Assembly: GCA_963791645.1 (NCBI GenBank) | Contig: CAWBTJ010000050.1 | Span: 3,277 to 67,276 of the forward strand | Direction: 5' to 3' | DNA length: 64,000 bases | DNA from: Vulcanimicrobiota bacterium | GTDB lineage: Bacteria > Vulcanimicrobiota > Vulcanimicrobiia > Vulcanimicrobiales > Vulcanimicrobiaceae | Shown here: positions 27,244 to 36,802 of the stretch, one piece after another | Layout: each line of letters opens with the position of its first letter | Position numbering within the stretch: position 1 is the stretch's first letter | Translations under genes and position numbers: made by a program | The notes under the pieces: model-generated | Seen by the model: the letters and a program-made list of their open reading frames with translations, nothing else | Told to the model about the DNA's origin: nothing | The model's database searches: none

Positions 27244-27287
27244 CCGGCGTCTTAGCTTCGGCGGCGCGGCTGGAAGCGGCCTTTCCC

Positions 27288-27315
27288 TAGCGCGAATGGG
27301 GCCGGGTGCCGATAC
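27288..27315 (+). promoter_or_regulatory. sigma28-like promoter of rfbF
   Basis: TAGCG-N15-GCCGATAC, 7 nt before GTG 27323. Confidence 0.55.
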
Positions 27316-27322
27316 CTATCGG

Positions 27323-28093
27323 GTGAAGGCGGTGATCCTGGCCGGCGGTCTCGGTACGCGAATCAGCGAGGAAACGTCGACCCGCCCGAAGCCGATGGTC
27401 GAGCTGGGCGGGCGCCCGGTGCTCTGGCACATCATGAAGACGTACTCGCATTACGGCATCAACGACTTCGTCGTGTGCTGCGGCTACAAGGGCTACGTGA
27501 TCAAGGAGTTCTTCGCGAACTACGCGCTGCACGCGTCGGACGTGACGTTCGACATGCGCGAGCGCTCGATGCGCGTGCACAACAGCGCGTGCGAGCCGTG
27601 GACCGTGACGCTGGTCGACACCGGCGACGACACGATGACCGGCGGCCGCCTCAAGCGCGTGCGGCGCTATCTGGGCGACGAGCCGTTCTGCTTCACGTAC
27701 GGCGACGGTCTGTCCGACGTCGACGTGCGCGCGGTGATCGATCACCACGCCGCGTCCGGTGCGCTCGCGACGATGACGGCGGTGCAGCCGCCCGGGCGCT
27801 TCGGCGCGGTGCGGCTGGAAGAGCAGAAGATCGTCGCGTTCGACGAAAAGCCGCAAGGTGACGGCGCGTGGATCAACGGCGGCTACTTCGTGTTGTCGCC
27901 CGGCGTGTTCGACTACATCGGGACGGACCAAACCGTGTGGGAGCGCGAACCCCTCGAGCAGCTCGCGGCCGACGGCAAATTGTCCGCGTTCGTGCACCGC
28001 GGGTTCTGGCAGCCGATGGACACGCTGCGCGACAAGACGATGCTCGAAGAGTCGTGGGCCAGCGGCGCGGCGCCGTGGAAGGTGTGGGCGTGA
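27323..28093 (+). CDS. rfbF: glucose-1-phosphate cytidylyltransferase
   Basis: [51 protein letters not shown]. Confidence 0.96.
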   Translation: MKAVILAGGLGTRISEETSTRPKPMVELGGRPVLWHIMKTYSHYGINDFVVCCGYKGYVIKEFFANYALHASDVTFDMRERSMRVHNSACEPWTVTLVDTGDDTMTGGRLKRVRRYLGDEPFCFTYGDGLSDVDVRAVIDHHAASGALATMTAVQPPGRFGAVRLEEQKIVAFDEKPQGDGAWINGGYFVLSPGVFDYIGTDQTVWEREPLEQLAADGKLSAFVHRGFWQPMDTLRDKTMLEESWASGAAPWKVWA

Positions 28094-29904
28094 ACGTCGC
28101 GGAGCGTTATCCGCTGATCAGCATCCTGATCCCGAACTACAACTACGTGAAGTACGTCGCGACCGCCGTCGACAGCGCGCTCGCGCAGACGTACCAGAAC
28201 ATCGAGGTCGTGGTCTCCGACAACTGCTCGACCGACGGTGCGTGGGAGCTGCTCAACGAGCGGTACGGCGACGACCCGCGCGTGCGGCTGCACCAGAACG
28301 AGCAGAACATCGGGATGGCGCGCAACTTCGACCGGCTGATGGAGCTCGCGCGCGGGCGCTACGTGATGTGCCTGTCGTCCGACGACTTCTTGTTCCCGCC
28401 GCACCTGGCAAGGCTCGCGGAACGTTTCGAGGCCGAGCCCGAGCTCGACGTCGTGTACTGCAACGCGTACTTCGCGCACGAGGACGGCACGGTCTACGCG
28501 ACGCGCGCGATGGCGGGGCAGTTCCCCGTCGATTTCACGGACGCGCGCGACGAGCTCGTCGAAGAGTTCACCACCGTGTGCCCGGTGTGCTTTCCGTGCG
28601 CGCTGTTCAAGCGCGAAGTGCTGCTCGAGCCCGGCATCTGCGGCGATCCCGCCAACGGCCAGGACGCGCGCGACTGGGAGCTGATCATCCGGCTCGCGCT
28701 CGCGAACAAGCGATTCGCGTACATCGCGCAGCCCAGCATGGCGATCCGGCTGCACGCCGACCAGTTCAGCGGCGACGCGTACCACCGCTCCGGCCGCAAC
28801 GTCCTCGATTACGCGTCGTACGTCGAGCGCTACATGGACCATCCGGAGTTCGTGCGCCGCATGCGCGGCCGCGAAGCGGGCGTCGCGCGGCTGCTGAACA
28901 CGCTCGTCGCGCAGGCGCCGTCGCTCAACGGCGGCGTCTCGCCGTTCGATGCGGCGCAGTTGGCGCGGTTCGCCGCGCTCGAGCAGGCGCTGCATGCGCG
29001 CGCCGCCGTCTACGAGCCCGCGCGCGTGCGCGAGTCGCGCGTGAGCGTCGTCGTGGAAACCGCCGGTGCGCCGCGCCCGCTGCTGCGCGCGCTCGACTCG
29101 CTGAGCGCGCAGCGCTACGGCGCGTGGGAAGCCGTCGTCGTCGACCACGGCTCGATCCCCGTCGAGGCGATGCTGCGCGCGCACCCCGCGTGGGAGCGGA
29201 TCGCGTACGTGCGGCTTCCCACTACGCACACGGCCGGCGCCGCGCGCAACCTCGCGCTGCGGATGATCCGCGGCGAGTACGTCGCGTTTCTCGATCCCGA
29301 CGACTCGTTTTCACCCGACCACCTCGAGCACGCGGTCGCGGAGATCGCGCGGATGGGCGCGATGGTCTCGCTGGCCACGTCGCGGCTCGTGCTGGAGCGG
29401 ACCAACGGCGCCGCGAGCACGTCGGAACCGCTCGGCGAGTCCGCGCCGTTCGGCGGCGACGAAAGCGACGTCGCGCGGCTGGACGTCGCGCACGCCATCC
29501 CGCTCGGCGCGCTGGTCCTCTACCGCGGCCTGCTCGACCGGATCGGCGGCTTCAACGACAGCGTGCCGATCCTCGCCGACTGGGATTTCACGCTGCGCCT
29601 CGCGCGCGCGGCGCGCTTCGCACCGACCGGCGCGAGCACGCTCGGTGTCACCGCGCGGCTGAACCTGACCGCGCAGCGGCTCGGGACGGCGCTCGCGCAC
29701 TATCCGGCCGTACTGGACGCGCTCTACGCCGCGCACCCCGCCGACGCGCGCGTCGCCGAGTTGCGCGCGCGCCATCGCGACGTCGTCGTGAGCGCCCTTG
29801 CCGCCGCGCCGGACTGGCTACGCGAACCGCGCGGTGTCGCGGAGTTCATGGACGCGCTCGGCGGACGCGCGCCCTCGCCGCTGCGCGCGACTCAGCCCGC
29901 GTAA
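28090..29904 (+). CDS. two-domain GT2 glycosyltransferase
   Basis: [21 protein letters not shown]; second domain [21 protein letters not shown]. Confidence 0.9.
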   Translation: MNVAERYPLISILIPNYNYVKYVATAVDSALAQTYQNIEVVVSDNCSTDGAWELLNERYGDDPRVRLHQNEQNIGMARNFDRLMELARGRYVMCLSSDDFLFPPHLARLAERFEAEPELDVVYCNAYFAHEDGTVYATRAMAGQFPVDFTDARDELVEEFTTVCPVCFPCALFKREVLLEPGICGDPANGQDARDWELIIRLALANKRFAYIAQPSMAIRLHADQFSGDAYHRSGRNVLDYASYVERYMDHPEFVRRMRGREAGVARLLNTLVAQAPSLNGGVSPFDAAQLARFAALEQALHARAAVYEPARVRESRVSVVVETAGAPRPLLRALDSLSAQRYGAWEAVVVDHGSIPVEAMLRAHPAWERIAYVRLPTTHTAGAARNLALRMIRGEYVAFLDPDDSFSPDHLEHAVAEIARMGAMVSLATSRLVLERTNGAASTSEPLGESAPFGGDESDVARLDVAHAIPLGALVLYRGLLDRIGGFNDSVPILADWDFTLRLARAARFAPTGASTLGVTARLNLTAQRLGTALAHYPAVLDALYAAHPADARVAELRARHRDVVVSALAAAPDWLREPRGVAEFMDALGGRAPSPLRATQPA

Positions 29905-30950
29905 GCGTCGAGGTCGCGAGCGACCAGCACCTCGACGCGTTCGCCCGCGCGAAAGCCGCCGTACCACGCCGCGGCCGCGTCGATCGCTTCGAGCGTCGCC
30001 AGGCGCGGCGCCCAGCCGAGCTCGTCGCGCGCGCGCGTGCTGTCCACGTTCAGCACGGCGGTCTCGTGCTCGCCGCTCGGTTCGACGACGATCGCATGAT
30101 CGGCGCGCGCGCCGAACGCGCGCATGAAGCGTTCGACGACCGCTTCGACGGTGAGGCCGTTCTGCGCGGGGCCGAAGTTGTACGCGCCGCGCGCGGCGCG
30201 GCCGCCGGCGAGCGCTTCGGCCAGCGCGAGATAGCCGTGAAGCGGATCGAGCACGTGCTGCCACGGGCGCACCGCGTCCGGCCGCCGCAGGGTCAGCGGC
30301 GTTGCGTCGCTGACGGCGCGAAATGCGTCGGGGAGGAGCCGGTCCGGCGCGAAGTCGCCGCCGCCGATCACGTTGCCGGCGCGCGCCGTCGCGACGCGCG
30401 GTGCGCCGGGACGTGAGAAGAACGCGCTGCGATAGGTCGCGACGACGAGCTCCGCCGCCGCTTTGCTGCCCGCGTACGGGTCGGCGCCGCCGAGCGGCGC
30501 GTCTTCGGCATAGCCGCCCGGCTGAGGGTCGTCCGCGTACACTTTGTCGCTCGTGACGACGACGACGTTCTCGACGGTGCTCCGGCGCACGGCGTCGAGC
30601 ACGTGCACCGTCCCCATCACGTTGGTCGCGTACGTTTCGACCGGCTCGGCGTAGCCGCGCCGCACCAGCGGCTGCGCGGCGAGGTGCAAGATCGTCTGCG
30701 GCCGCAGTTCCGCGATCGCCGCGGCGACGCGCTCCGCGTCGCGCACGTCGACGATCCGCTCCTCGACGTCCTTCGCGAACGGCGCGAGCGCCCACAGGCT
30801 GGGCGTCGTGTCCGGCGGCAGCGCGAGCCCGGCGACGGCCGCGCCGCGCCGCAGCAGCAGCGCGCAAAGCCAGGCGCCCTTGAAGCCCGTGTGCCCGGTG
30901 ACGAGGACCCGGCGGCCGCGCCAGAAACCGCTCTGTCCGATGGACGTCAT
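29892..30950 (-). CDS. rfbG: CDP-glucose 4,6-dehydratase
   Basis: FWRGRRVLVTGHTGFKGAWL, TSDKVY, DPYAGSK, RAGNVIGGGD, RPWQHVL. Confidence 0.95.
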   Translation of the reverse strand: MTSIGQSGFWRGRRVLVTGHTGFKGAWLCALLLRRGAAVAGLALPPDTTPSLWALAPFAKDVEERIVDVRDAERVAAAIAELRPQTILHLAAQPLVRRGYAEPVETYATNVMGTVHVLDAVRRSTVENVVVVTSDKVYADDPQPGGYAEDAPLGGADPYAGSKAAAELVVATYRSAFFSRPGAPRVATARAGNVIGGGDFAPDRLLPDAFRAVSDATPLTLRRPDAVRPWQHVLDPLHGYLALAEALAGGRAARGAYNFGPAQNGLTVEAVVERFMRAFGARADHAIVVEPSGEHETAVLNVDSTRARDELGWAPRLATLEAIDAAAAWYGGFRAGERVEVLVARDLDAYAG

Positions 30951-31485
30951 CTCGACCTCTCTCGACGGGCTCTGGAAAATCTCCCTGCGCCCGGCGCGTG
31001 ACGAGCGCGGCTGGTTCGTGCGCACGTACGACGCCGCGGCGTTCGCGGCGCTGGGGCTGGTGACGTCATGGCCCGAGCACGGCGAGGCGTACAACGCGCG
31101 CGCGGGCACGGTGCGCGGCCTGCACGTCGTGCGCGCGCCGCACGGCGAGGCGAAGCTGATCCGCTGCACGCGCGGCGCGGTGTACGACGTGCTGGTCGAC
31201 GTGCGCCCCGATTCCCCGACGCATGGCCGCTGGGAGGCGTTCGAGCTGCACGAGGACGACGCGACCGCGCTCTACGCGGCGCCGGGTTTTGCCCACGGAT
31301 ATCAGACGCTGCGCGACGATTCGGCGCTGCACTATTTGATCTCGACGCCGTACGATGCCGGCGCCGCCGCCGGATACCGGTACGACAGCGCGCATCTCGC
31401 GATCCCGTGGCCGCTGGAGCCCAGCGTCATCTCGCCTCGTGATCGCGCGCTGCCGCCGTTCGAGCCGTCACCCGTCGATGCGTAG
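30940..31485 (+). CDS. rfbC: NDP-4-keto-6-deoxyhexose 3,5-epimerase (RmlC/RfbC family)
   Basis: DERGWF, GTVRGLH, KLIRCTRGAVYDVLVDVR, GFAHGYQTL. Confidence 0.9.
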   Translation: MDVISTSLDGLWKISLRPARDERGWFVRTYDAAAFAALGLVTSWPEHGEAYNARAGTVRGLHVVRAPHGEAKLIRCTRGAVYDVLVDVRPDSPTHGRWEAFELHEDDATALYAAPGFAHGYQTLRDDSALHYLISTPYDAGAAAGYRYDSAHLAIPWPLEPSVISPRDRALPPFEPSPVDA

Positions 31486-32712
31486 CGTGGGGATCGCGAG
31501 CACGAACCGGCCGCCCCAGTCACGCACGTCCGCGAGCTCGGCGCGGATCTCGGCCTCGACGTTCCACGGAAAGATCACGACGTAGTCGGGCCGGTCCGCG
31601 CGGATGCGGTCCGGCGCGACGATCGGCACGCGCACGCCCGGGATGGCGTGTCCCTGCTTGTGCGGGCTCTTGTCGGCCACGTACGGCATCAGGTCGGCGC
31701 GCACGCCGGCGTAGTTCAGCAGCGTCGTCGCCTTCGCGGCCGCGCCGTAGCCGGCGACCCGTTCTCCACGCCGTTTCGCATCGAGCAGAAACGCGACGAA
31801 GTCGTCTTTGATCCGCGCGACGCGCGCGCCGAACGCGGTGTACGTCATCAGGCGCTCGAGCCCGGCTTCACGCTCTGCCGCGACGATCGCCGCGACGCTC
31901 GCGTCGACCGCGCGCGCGCCGTGCGGCGCGACGAACACGCGCAACGAGCCGCCGTGCGTCGGCAGCTCCGTCACTTCGACGATCTCCAAGCCGTGCCGCG
32001 CGAACAGCGGGCTCAGCGCAACGAGCGAGAGGTAGGAGAAATGCTCGTGGTAGACGGTGTCGAACTGCATGCCCGCCATCGTGCGCAGCAGGTGCGGGAA
32101 CTCGAACGTCGCGAGCCCGTCGGGCGCGAGCAGCGCCGCGAAACCGCCGACGAAGTCGTTGAGATCCGGCACGTGCGCGAGCACGTTGTTCGCCACGATC
32201 AGGTGCGCGGAGCCGAACTCCGCGCGCACGCGCTGCCCCAGCGCGACGCCGAAGAACTCGTCGATCGTCGGCACGCCCGCTTGCCGCGCGACGGCGGCGA
32301 CATTGCTCGCCGGCTCGATGCCGAGCACCGTGACGCCGCGCGCGACGAAGTGGCGCAGCAGGTATCCGTCGTTGCTCGCCACCTCGACCACGCGCGATCC
32401 CGCGCCGATCCCCCGCCGGGCCATCTCGTCGGTATACGCTTGCGCGTGCGCGAGCCACGTCGTGGAGTACGACGAGAAGTAGCGGTAGTCGCGGAACAGC
32501 TCCTCGGGCGAGGCGAACACGTCGAGCTGCACGAGCCAGCACGCGTCGCACACGTACGCGTGCAGCGGGTAGAACGTCTCGCCGCGGCCCAGCGCGCTCG
32601 GCGGCGTCAGCGCGTTCGACGGGGGCGAGAGCCCGAGGTCGACGACGTCTGCCGTCAGGCCGTGGCCGCACGAGCGGCAGCAGAGCCGTTCGATCGCGAT
32701 CGTGCCGTTCAC
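31468..32712 (-). CDS. NDP-hexose C3-methyltransferase family (Zn-binding, SAM)
   Basis: CRSCG...CDACWLVQL, EVASNDGYLL, NNVLAHVPD, FDTVYHEH, HGGSLR, GYGAAAK. Confidence 0.92.
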   Translation of the reverse strand: MNGTIAIERLCCRSCGHGLTADVVDLGLSPPSNALTPPSALGRGETFYPLHAYVCDACWLVQLDVFASPEELFRDYRYFSSYSTTWLAHAQAYTDEMARRGIGAGSRVVEVASNDGYLLRHFVARGVTVLGIEPASNVAAVARQAGVPTIDEFFGVALGQRVRAEFGSAHLIVANNVLAHVPDLNDFVGGFAALLAPDGLATFEFPHLLRTMAGMQFDTVYHEHFSYLSLVALSPLFARHGLEIVEVTELPTHGGSLRVFVAPHGARAVDASVAAIVAAEREAGLERLMTYTAFGARVARIKDDFVAFLLDAKRRGERVAGYGAAAKATTLLNYAGVRADLMPYVADKSPHKQGHAIPGVRVPIVAPDRIRADRPDYVVIFPWNVEAEIRAELADVRDWGGRFVLAIPTLRIDG

Positions 32713-32716
32713 CGGG

Positions 32717-33883
32717 CTAGGCGAAGAAGCCGCACACGCCGTCGATCACGCGCTCGATCGACCGCTCCGGCATCAGCGAGTGCAGCGGCAGCGTGAGAAC
32801 CTCGTCGACGGCGCGCTCGGTCACCGGCAGCGGCGCGCGGCGCGCGCCGGCGAAGTACGTGTGGCGGTGGACCGGCACGAAGTGGATCCCCGCGTCGACG
32901 CCGCGCGCGGCGAGGTGCTCGATCAGCGCCTCGCGCCGGCCGGCCGGGACGCGCACGCTGTAGATGAACGGCGAGACATCCGCGTAGCTGCGCCGCAGCA
33001 CGCGCACGCCGGGCAGCCCGTCGAACGCGGCGGAGTACCGCTCGCACACCGCCCGGCGGCTCGCGATGAACTCGTCGATCCGCTTGATCTGCGACACGCC
33101 CACGCTCGCCATGATGTTGGTGAGGTGGTAGCGGAAGCCTTCGGACACGACGTCGTAGTCCCAGGCGCGCTTGTTCTGATAGCGCAGCGTCGTGTCTTTG
33201 TCGACGCCGAGCAGGCGCAGGTGCTGCAGCCGCTCGACCTCGTCGCGGTCGGGCGTCACGACGCAGCCGCCGTCGATCGACGTGATGATCTTGACCGGGT
33301 CGAAGCTGAAGAACTGCACGTCGCCGCCGCTCCCGATCTTCGCGCCGTCGACGGTCGAGCCGAACGCGTGGCAGGCGTCTTCGATCACGCGCAAGCCGTG
33401 CCGCTTCGCGAGCGCGTACACGTCGTCGATCGCGCACGGAATGCCGGCGAAGTGCAGCGGGATGATCGCTTTCGTGCGCGGCCCGATCAGGGACTCGGCC
33501 GACGCGACATCGAGGCCGAGATCGTCCTCGCGCACGTCGCACATCACGACCTCGGCGCCCGTCGCGCGGATCGCCTGGTGGTCGGCGACGTAGTTGAACG
33601 ACGGCGTGATCACCTCGTCGCCGGGCCCGACGCCGGCGGCGAGCAGCGCGATGTGGAGCGCCGACGTGCCGGTGTTCGTGCAGACGACGTACCTGTCTCG
33701 GAGACCGAGATAGCAGGCGATCCGTTCCTCGAACTCTTTGGTCGTCGCACCCATGCCGAGCCAGCCCACGTCGAGCGCGTCGGTGAGGTGCTTGAGGGTG
33801 TCGACGCCGACGTACGGGACGAAGACGGGGACTCGCGCGTCCGACGACGCCGGCGTGACCGGCGGGCGGTCGAGGACGTTCAT
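32717..33883 (-). CDS. DegT/DnrJ/EryC1/StrS PLP-dependent sugar aminotransferase
   Basis: NTGTSALHIAL, IEDACHAFG, FSFDPVKIITSIDGG. Confidence 0.93.
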   Translation of the reverse strand: MNVLDRPPVTPASSDARVPVFVPYVGVDTLKHLTDALDVGWLGMGATTKEFEERIACYLGLRDRYVVCTNTGTSALHIALLAAGVGPGDEVITPSFNYVADHQAIRATGAEVVMCDVREDDLGLDVASAESLIGPRTKAIIPLHFAGIPCAIDDVYALAKRHGLRVIEDACHAFGSTVDGAKIGSGGDVQFFSFDPVKIITSIDGGCVVTPDRDEVERLQHLRLLGVDKDTTLRYQNKRAWDYDVVSEGFRYHLTNIMASVGVSQIKRIDEFIASRRAVCERYSAAFDGLPGVRVLRRSYADVSPFIYSVRVPAGRREALIEHLAARGVDAGIHFVPVHRHTYFAGARRAPLPVTERAVDEVLTLPLHSLMPERSIERVIDGVCGFFA

Positions 33884-33915
33884 GCTATTGTTCGAGGCCT
33901 CCGTTGACGAATACC

Positions 33916-33943
33916 ATATCGGTGAACGAGATGGCGAGCTTGA
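33916..33943 (-). promoter_or_regulatory. sigma28-like promoter of the aminotransferase/C-methyltransferase unit
   Basis: Minus strand TCAAG-N15-ACCGATAT, followed by GGAGG before ATG 33883. Confidence 0.6.
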
Positions 33944-34704
33944 GCGCGCCGGGAGCCGCCCCGGGCTGCGATCCGCACGATCCGAAGGACGGCGCGCTGC
34001 TGCGAAGGATGGGCGACGACCCCGAGGTACGGGCGGCGTGGAAGCGTGCGTTCGACCTCATCGCACCCTATCGCTACGCCTACAACTGGTCCTGGCTCGG
34101 CCGTCCCGCGATCCAGTTTCCGCAAGACATGGTCGCGCTGCAAGAGATCATCTGGCGCACGCGTCCCGACGTGATCGTCGAAACGGGCATCGCCCACGGC
34201 GGGTCGCTCGTCTTCTCGGCTTCGATGCTGGCGCTGCTCGGCGGCGAGCGCGAGGCGATCGGGATCGACATCGACGTCCGCCCGCACAACCGCGAGGCAA
34301 TCGAGGCGCATCCCTTGGCCTCGCGCATCTCGATGTTCGAAGGCTCGTCGGTCGACGCGGCGCTCGCGTCGCGCGTGTACGCACGCGTCGCCGGCCGCAG
34401 CGCGATGGTCGTGCTGGATTCGAACCACACCGCCGACCACGTCGCGCGCGAGCTCGCGCTGTACGCGCCGCTGGTGCGCGCGGGATTCTTTCTGGTCGTG
34501 ATGGACACGGCGGTCGAGTACGCCGACCCGGCCTCGATCGTCGATCGCCCGTGGGGGCCCGGCAACAACCCGATGACGGCCGTCGACGCGTTCCTCGAAC
34601 GCGAGCCGCGCTTCGTTGTCGACGAAGAGTACGACGCGAAGCTGCTGTTCACGGTCGCGCCGCGCGGCTACCTCCGCGCGACGAGGGATCCCGAGCCGAC
34701 GTGA
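33931..34704 (+). CDS. CmcI (cephalosporin hydroxylase)-family methyltransferase-like protein; start uncertain
   Basis: YAYNWSWLGRPAIQFPQD, RPDVIVETGIAHGGS, LDSNHT, WGPGNNP. Confidence 0.9.
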   Translation: MASLSAPGAAPGCDPHDPKDGALLRRMGDDPEVRAAWKRAFDLIAPYRYAYNWSWLGRPAIQFPQDMVALQEIIWRTRPDVIVETGIAHGGSLVFSASMLALLGGEREAIGIDIDVRPHNREAIEAHPLASRISMFEGSSVDAALASRVYARVAGRSAMVVLDSNHTADHVARELALYAPLVRAGFFLVVMDTAVEYADPASIVDRPWGPGNNPMTAVDAFLEREPRFVVDEEYDAKLLFTVAPRGYLRATRDPEPT

Positions 34705-35195
34705 CGGTCTGCCGGCGGCCGCGCGAGGAAGACGTCCCCGCGCTCGCTGCGTTGCGCAACGATCTGCCGACGCAGTACGCGCTCCTGGCGTCGCCCACGC
34801 CGAACAGCGACGACGACGTGCGCGCGTGGATCGCGCGCCGTACCGGCGACCGCGCGGCGCTCTTCTACGTCGTCGCCGATGCGGCCGGCGACGCCGTCGG
34901 GTTCACGCAGATCATCGCGATCGACGAGCGCAGCCGGCACGGCATGTTCGGCATCGCGATCGGGGACGGGCACCGCGGCCGCGGTCACGGGCGCGCCGCG
35001 CTCGCGCACGTGCTCGATCTCGCGCGCGCCGACGGGCGGCTCGACAAGCTCGTGCTGCACGTCGCCGCCGACAACACCGCGGCGCGCGGGCTGTACGCCT
35101 CGGCCGGTTTTCACGACGTGGGCGTGCACCGCAGGCACTACCACGCCCCGGACGGCTGGCACGACGTCGCCGTGATGGAGCGGTTTCTCGCGTGA
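34701..35195 (+). CDS. GNAT N-acyltransferase (PseH/RimJ-like)
   Basis: HRGRGHG, LHVAADNTAARGLYASAGF. Confidence 0.85.
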   Translation: MTVCRRPREEDVPALAALRNDLPTQYALLASPTPNSDDDVRAWIARRTGDRAALFYVVADAAGDAVGFTQIIAIDERSRHGMFGIAIGDGHRGRGHGRAALAHVLDLARADGRLDKLVLHVAADNTAARGLYASAGFHDVGVHRRHYHAPDGWHDVAVMERFLA

Positions 35196-35930
35196 AGACG
35201 GTCGTGGTGCTGCAGCCGCAGTTCTTTCCGTGGCGCGGCGTGTTCGAGCAGATCCGGCTGGCGGACGAGTTCGTGCACCTCGACGATGCGCAGTTTCAGA
35301 AGGGCGGCTTCACCAACCGCGTCCAGCTCAAGACGGCGAACGGTCCGCTGTGGCTGACGGTCCCGGTGAGCCGGCACGGAAAGCTCCCGCTGATCGCCGA
35401 CGTGGAGATCGACTACACGAGCGACTGGCGCCACAAGCATCTGCGCACGTTCGCGATGAGCTTCGCGCGCGCGCCGTTTGCTTCGCTCGCGGAGCGCATC
35501 GTCGCCGACGTGTACGCGGAGCGGCCGCGGACGATCGCCGAGCTCGACATCGCGGCGCTCGAACGCTGCTGCGCGGAGCTCGGCTCTGCGCCCGTCGTTC
35601 ACGCGCGCCTCCGCGACCCCGGTCGCGGGCGCGAAGACGGACCGGCTCGTCGCACTGCTCGTGCCGCGCGGCACGACCACGTACGTCACGGGCCGCGGCG
35701 CGCTCGATTATCTGGACGAGCCGAAGTTGGTGGCGGCGGGGATCGAGGTGCGCGTGATGCAGTACGCGCGCCGTCCGTACCGCCAGCTCCACGGCGCGTT
35801 CGACCCGCACGTGTCGATCCTGGACACGCTCGCAAACCTCGGGCCCGACGCCGCGGCCGCGCTCGATTCTCCCGCGATACCGTGGCAAGAAGCAGTGGCG
35901 GTGCACGGCGCGCAGGCGGTCCTCGCGTGA
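35192..35930 (+). CDS. WbqC-family protein, frameshift near 35590
   Basis: LQPQFFPWRG, DDAQF, NRVQLKT, WLTVPV; C-terminus KTDRLV..YVTG..YRQLHGAFDPHVSILD in the next frame. Confidence 0.85.
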
Positions 35931-36802
35931 CGATCGAGCCGAGCGCGACCGCCGCGCTGCGCGATGCGTTCGAGCGCGACGGGTTCGTCGTGCTGCGGCA
36001 GTGGCTCGACGTCGAGCGCGAGCTCGCGCCGCTGCAGCGCGAGCTCGGCATGCTGATCGAGCATGCGGCGCGCACGTTCGGCGTGCGCTACGACGTGCCG
36101 GACGATCCGGCCGAGTTCGACCGCGGCTATCTCGAGCTCGTCGCGGCGCAGCCGGAGATCCAGCCGCTCGTGTACGACATGGCGAAGAATCTCGTCGCGT
36201 TCCAGCGCTTGATCGTCAGCGAACGGCTCGCCGGACTCTTTCGCGCGCTGCGCGGAACCGATCTCGCCGGGACCGCGCCGGGATCGAACGGCGTGCGCAT
36301 CGACCGTCCCGGCGACGACCGCCGGCTCGCGCCGTGGCATCAGGAGTTTCAATACCAGTTCCGCAGCCTCGACGGCGTGACGTTCTGGATGCCGCTCGTG
36401 CCGGTGGTGCCGGAGATGGGTCCGGTCGTGCTCGCGCGCGGCTCGCACCGCGGCGGCGTCGAGCCGCTCGTCGACACGTCCGGCAACGGCGAAGCCGAGA
36501 TGGCGAACGGCGCGTACGGCGCGCTACGGCTGGGCGACGAGGCGACGATCCCGGAGCGCTACGAGCTCTGCGCGCCGGTGTCCGGCCCGGGCGACCTGTT
36601 CGCGTTCGACTTCCTCACGCTGCACGCGTCGGGCGCGAACGTCGGCACGCGCGCGCGGTGGACGGTGCAGATCCGGTACTTCAACTTCAGCGACGCGTAC
36701 GGCGCGCGCATCCGCTGGATGGGCGGCCTCAAGCACGGCACCACGCTGGCGGGCGCGAACGCGCTGCTCGCCCAGGCGCGCGCGGCGGCGCTCGGCCGGT
36801 GA
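35927..36802 (+). CDS. PhyH-like Fe(II)/2-oxoglutarate dioxygenase
   Basis: FERDGFVVL, PWHQE, TFWMPL, GSH, GDLFAF..LHASGAN..R. Confidence 0.85.
   Translation: MTIEPSATAALRDAFERDGFVVLRQWLDVERELAPLQRELGMLIEHAARTFGVRYDVPDDPAEFDRGYLELVAAQPEIQPLVYDMAKNLVAFQRLIVSERLAGLFRALRGTDLAGTAPGSNGVRIDRPGDDRRLAPWHQEFQYQFRSLDGVTFWMPLVPVVPEMGPVVLARGSHRGGVEPLVDTSGNGEAEMANGAYGALRLGDEATIPERYELCAPVSGPGDLFAFDFLTLHASGANVGTRARWTVQIRYFNFSDAYGARIRWMGGLKHGTTLAGANALLAQARAAALGR

Noticed and set aside
27255-27285. Minus-strand sigma28-like promoter for the ExeA-like gene
   Set aside because: GAAAG to GCCGAAGC spacing is 18 nt and both boxes are poor matches
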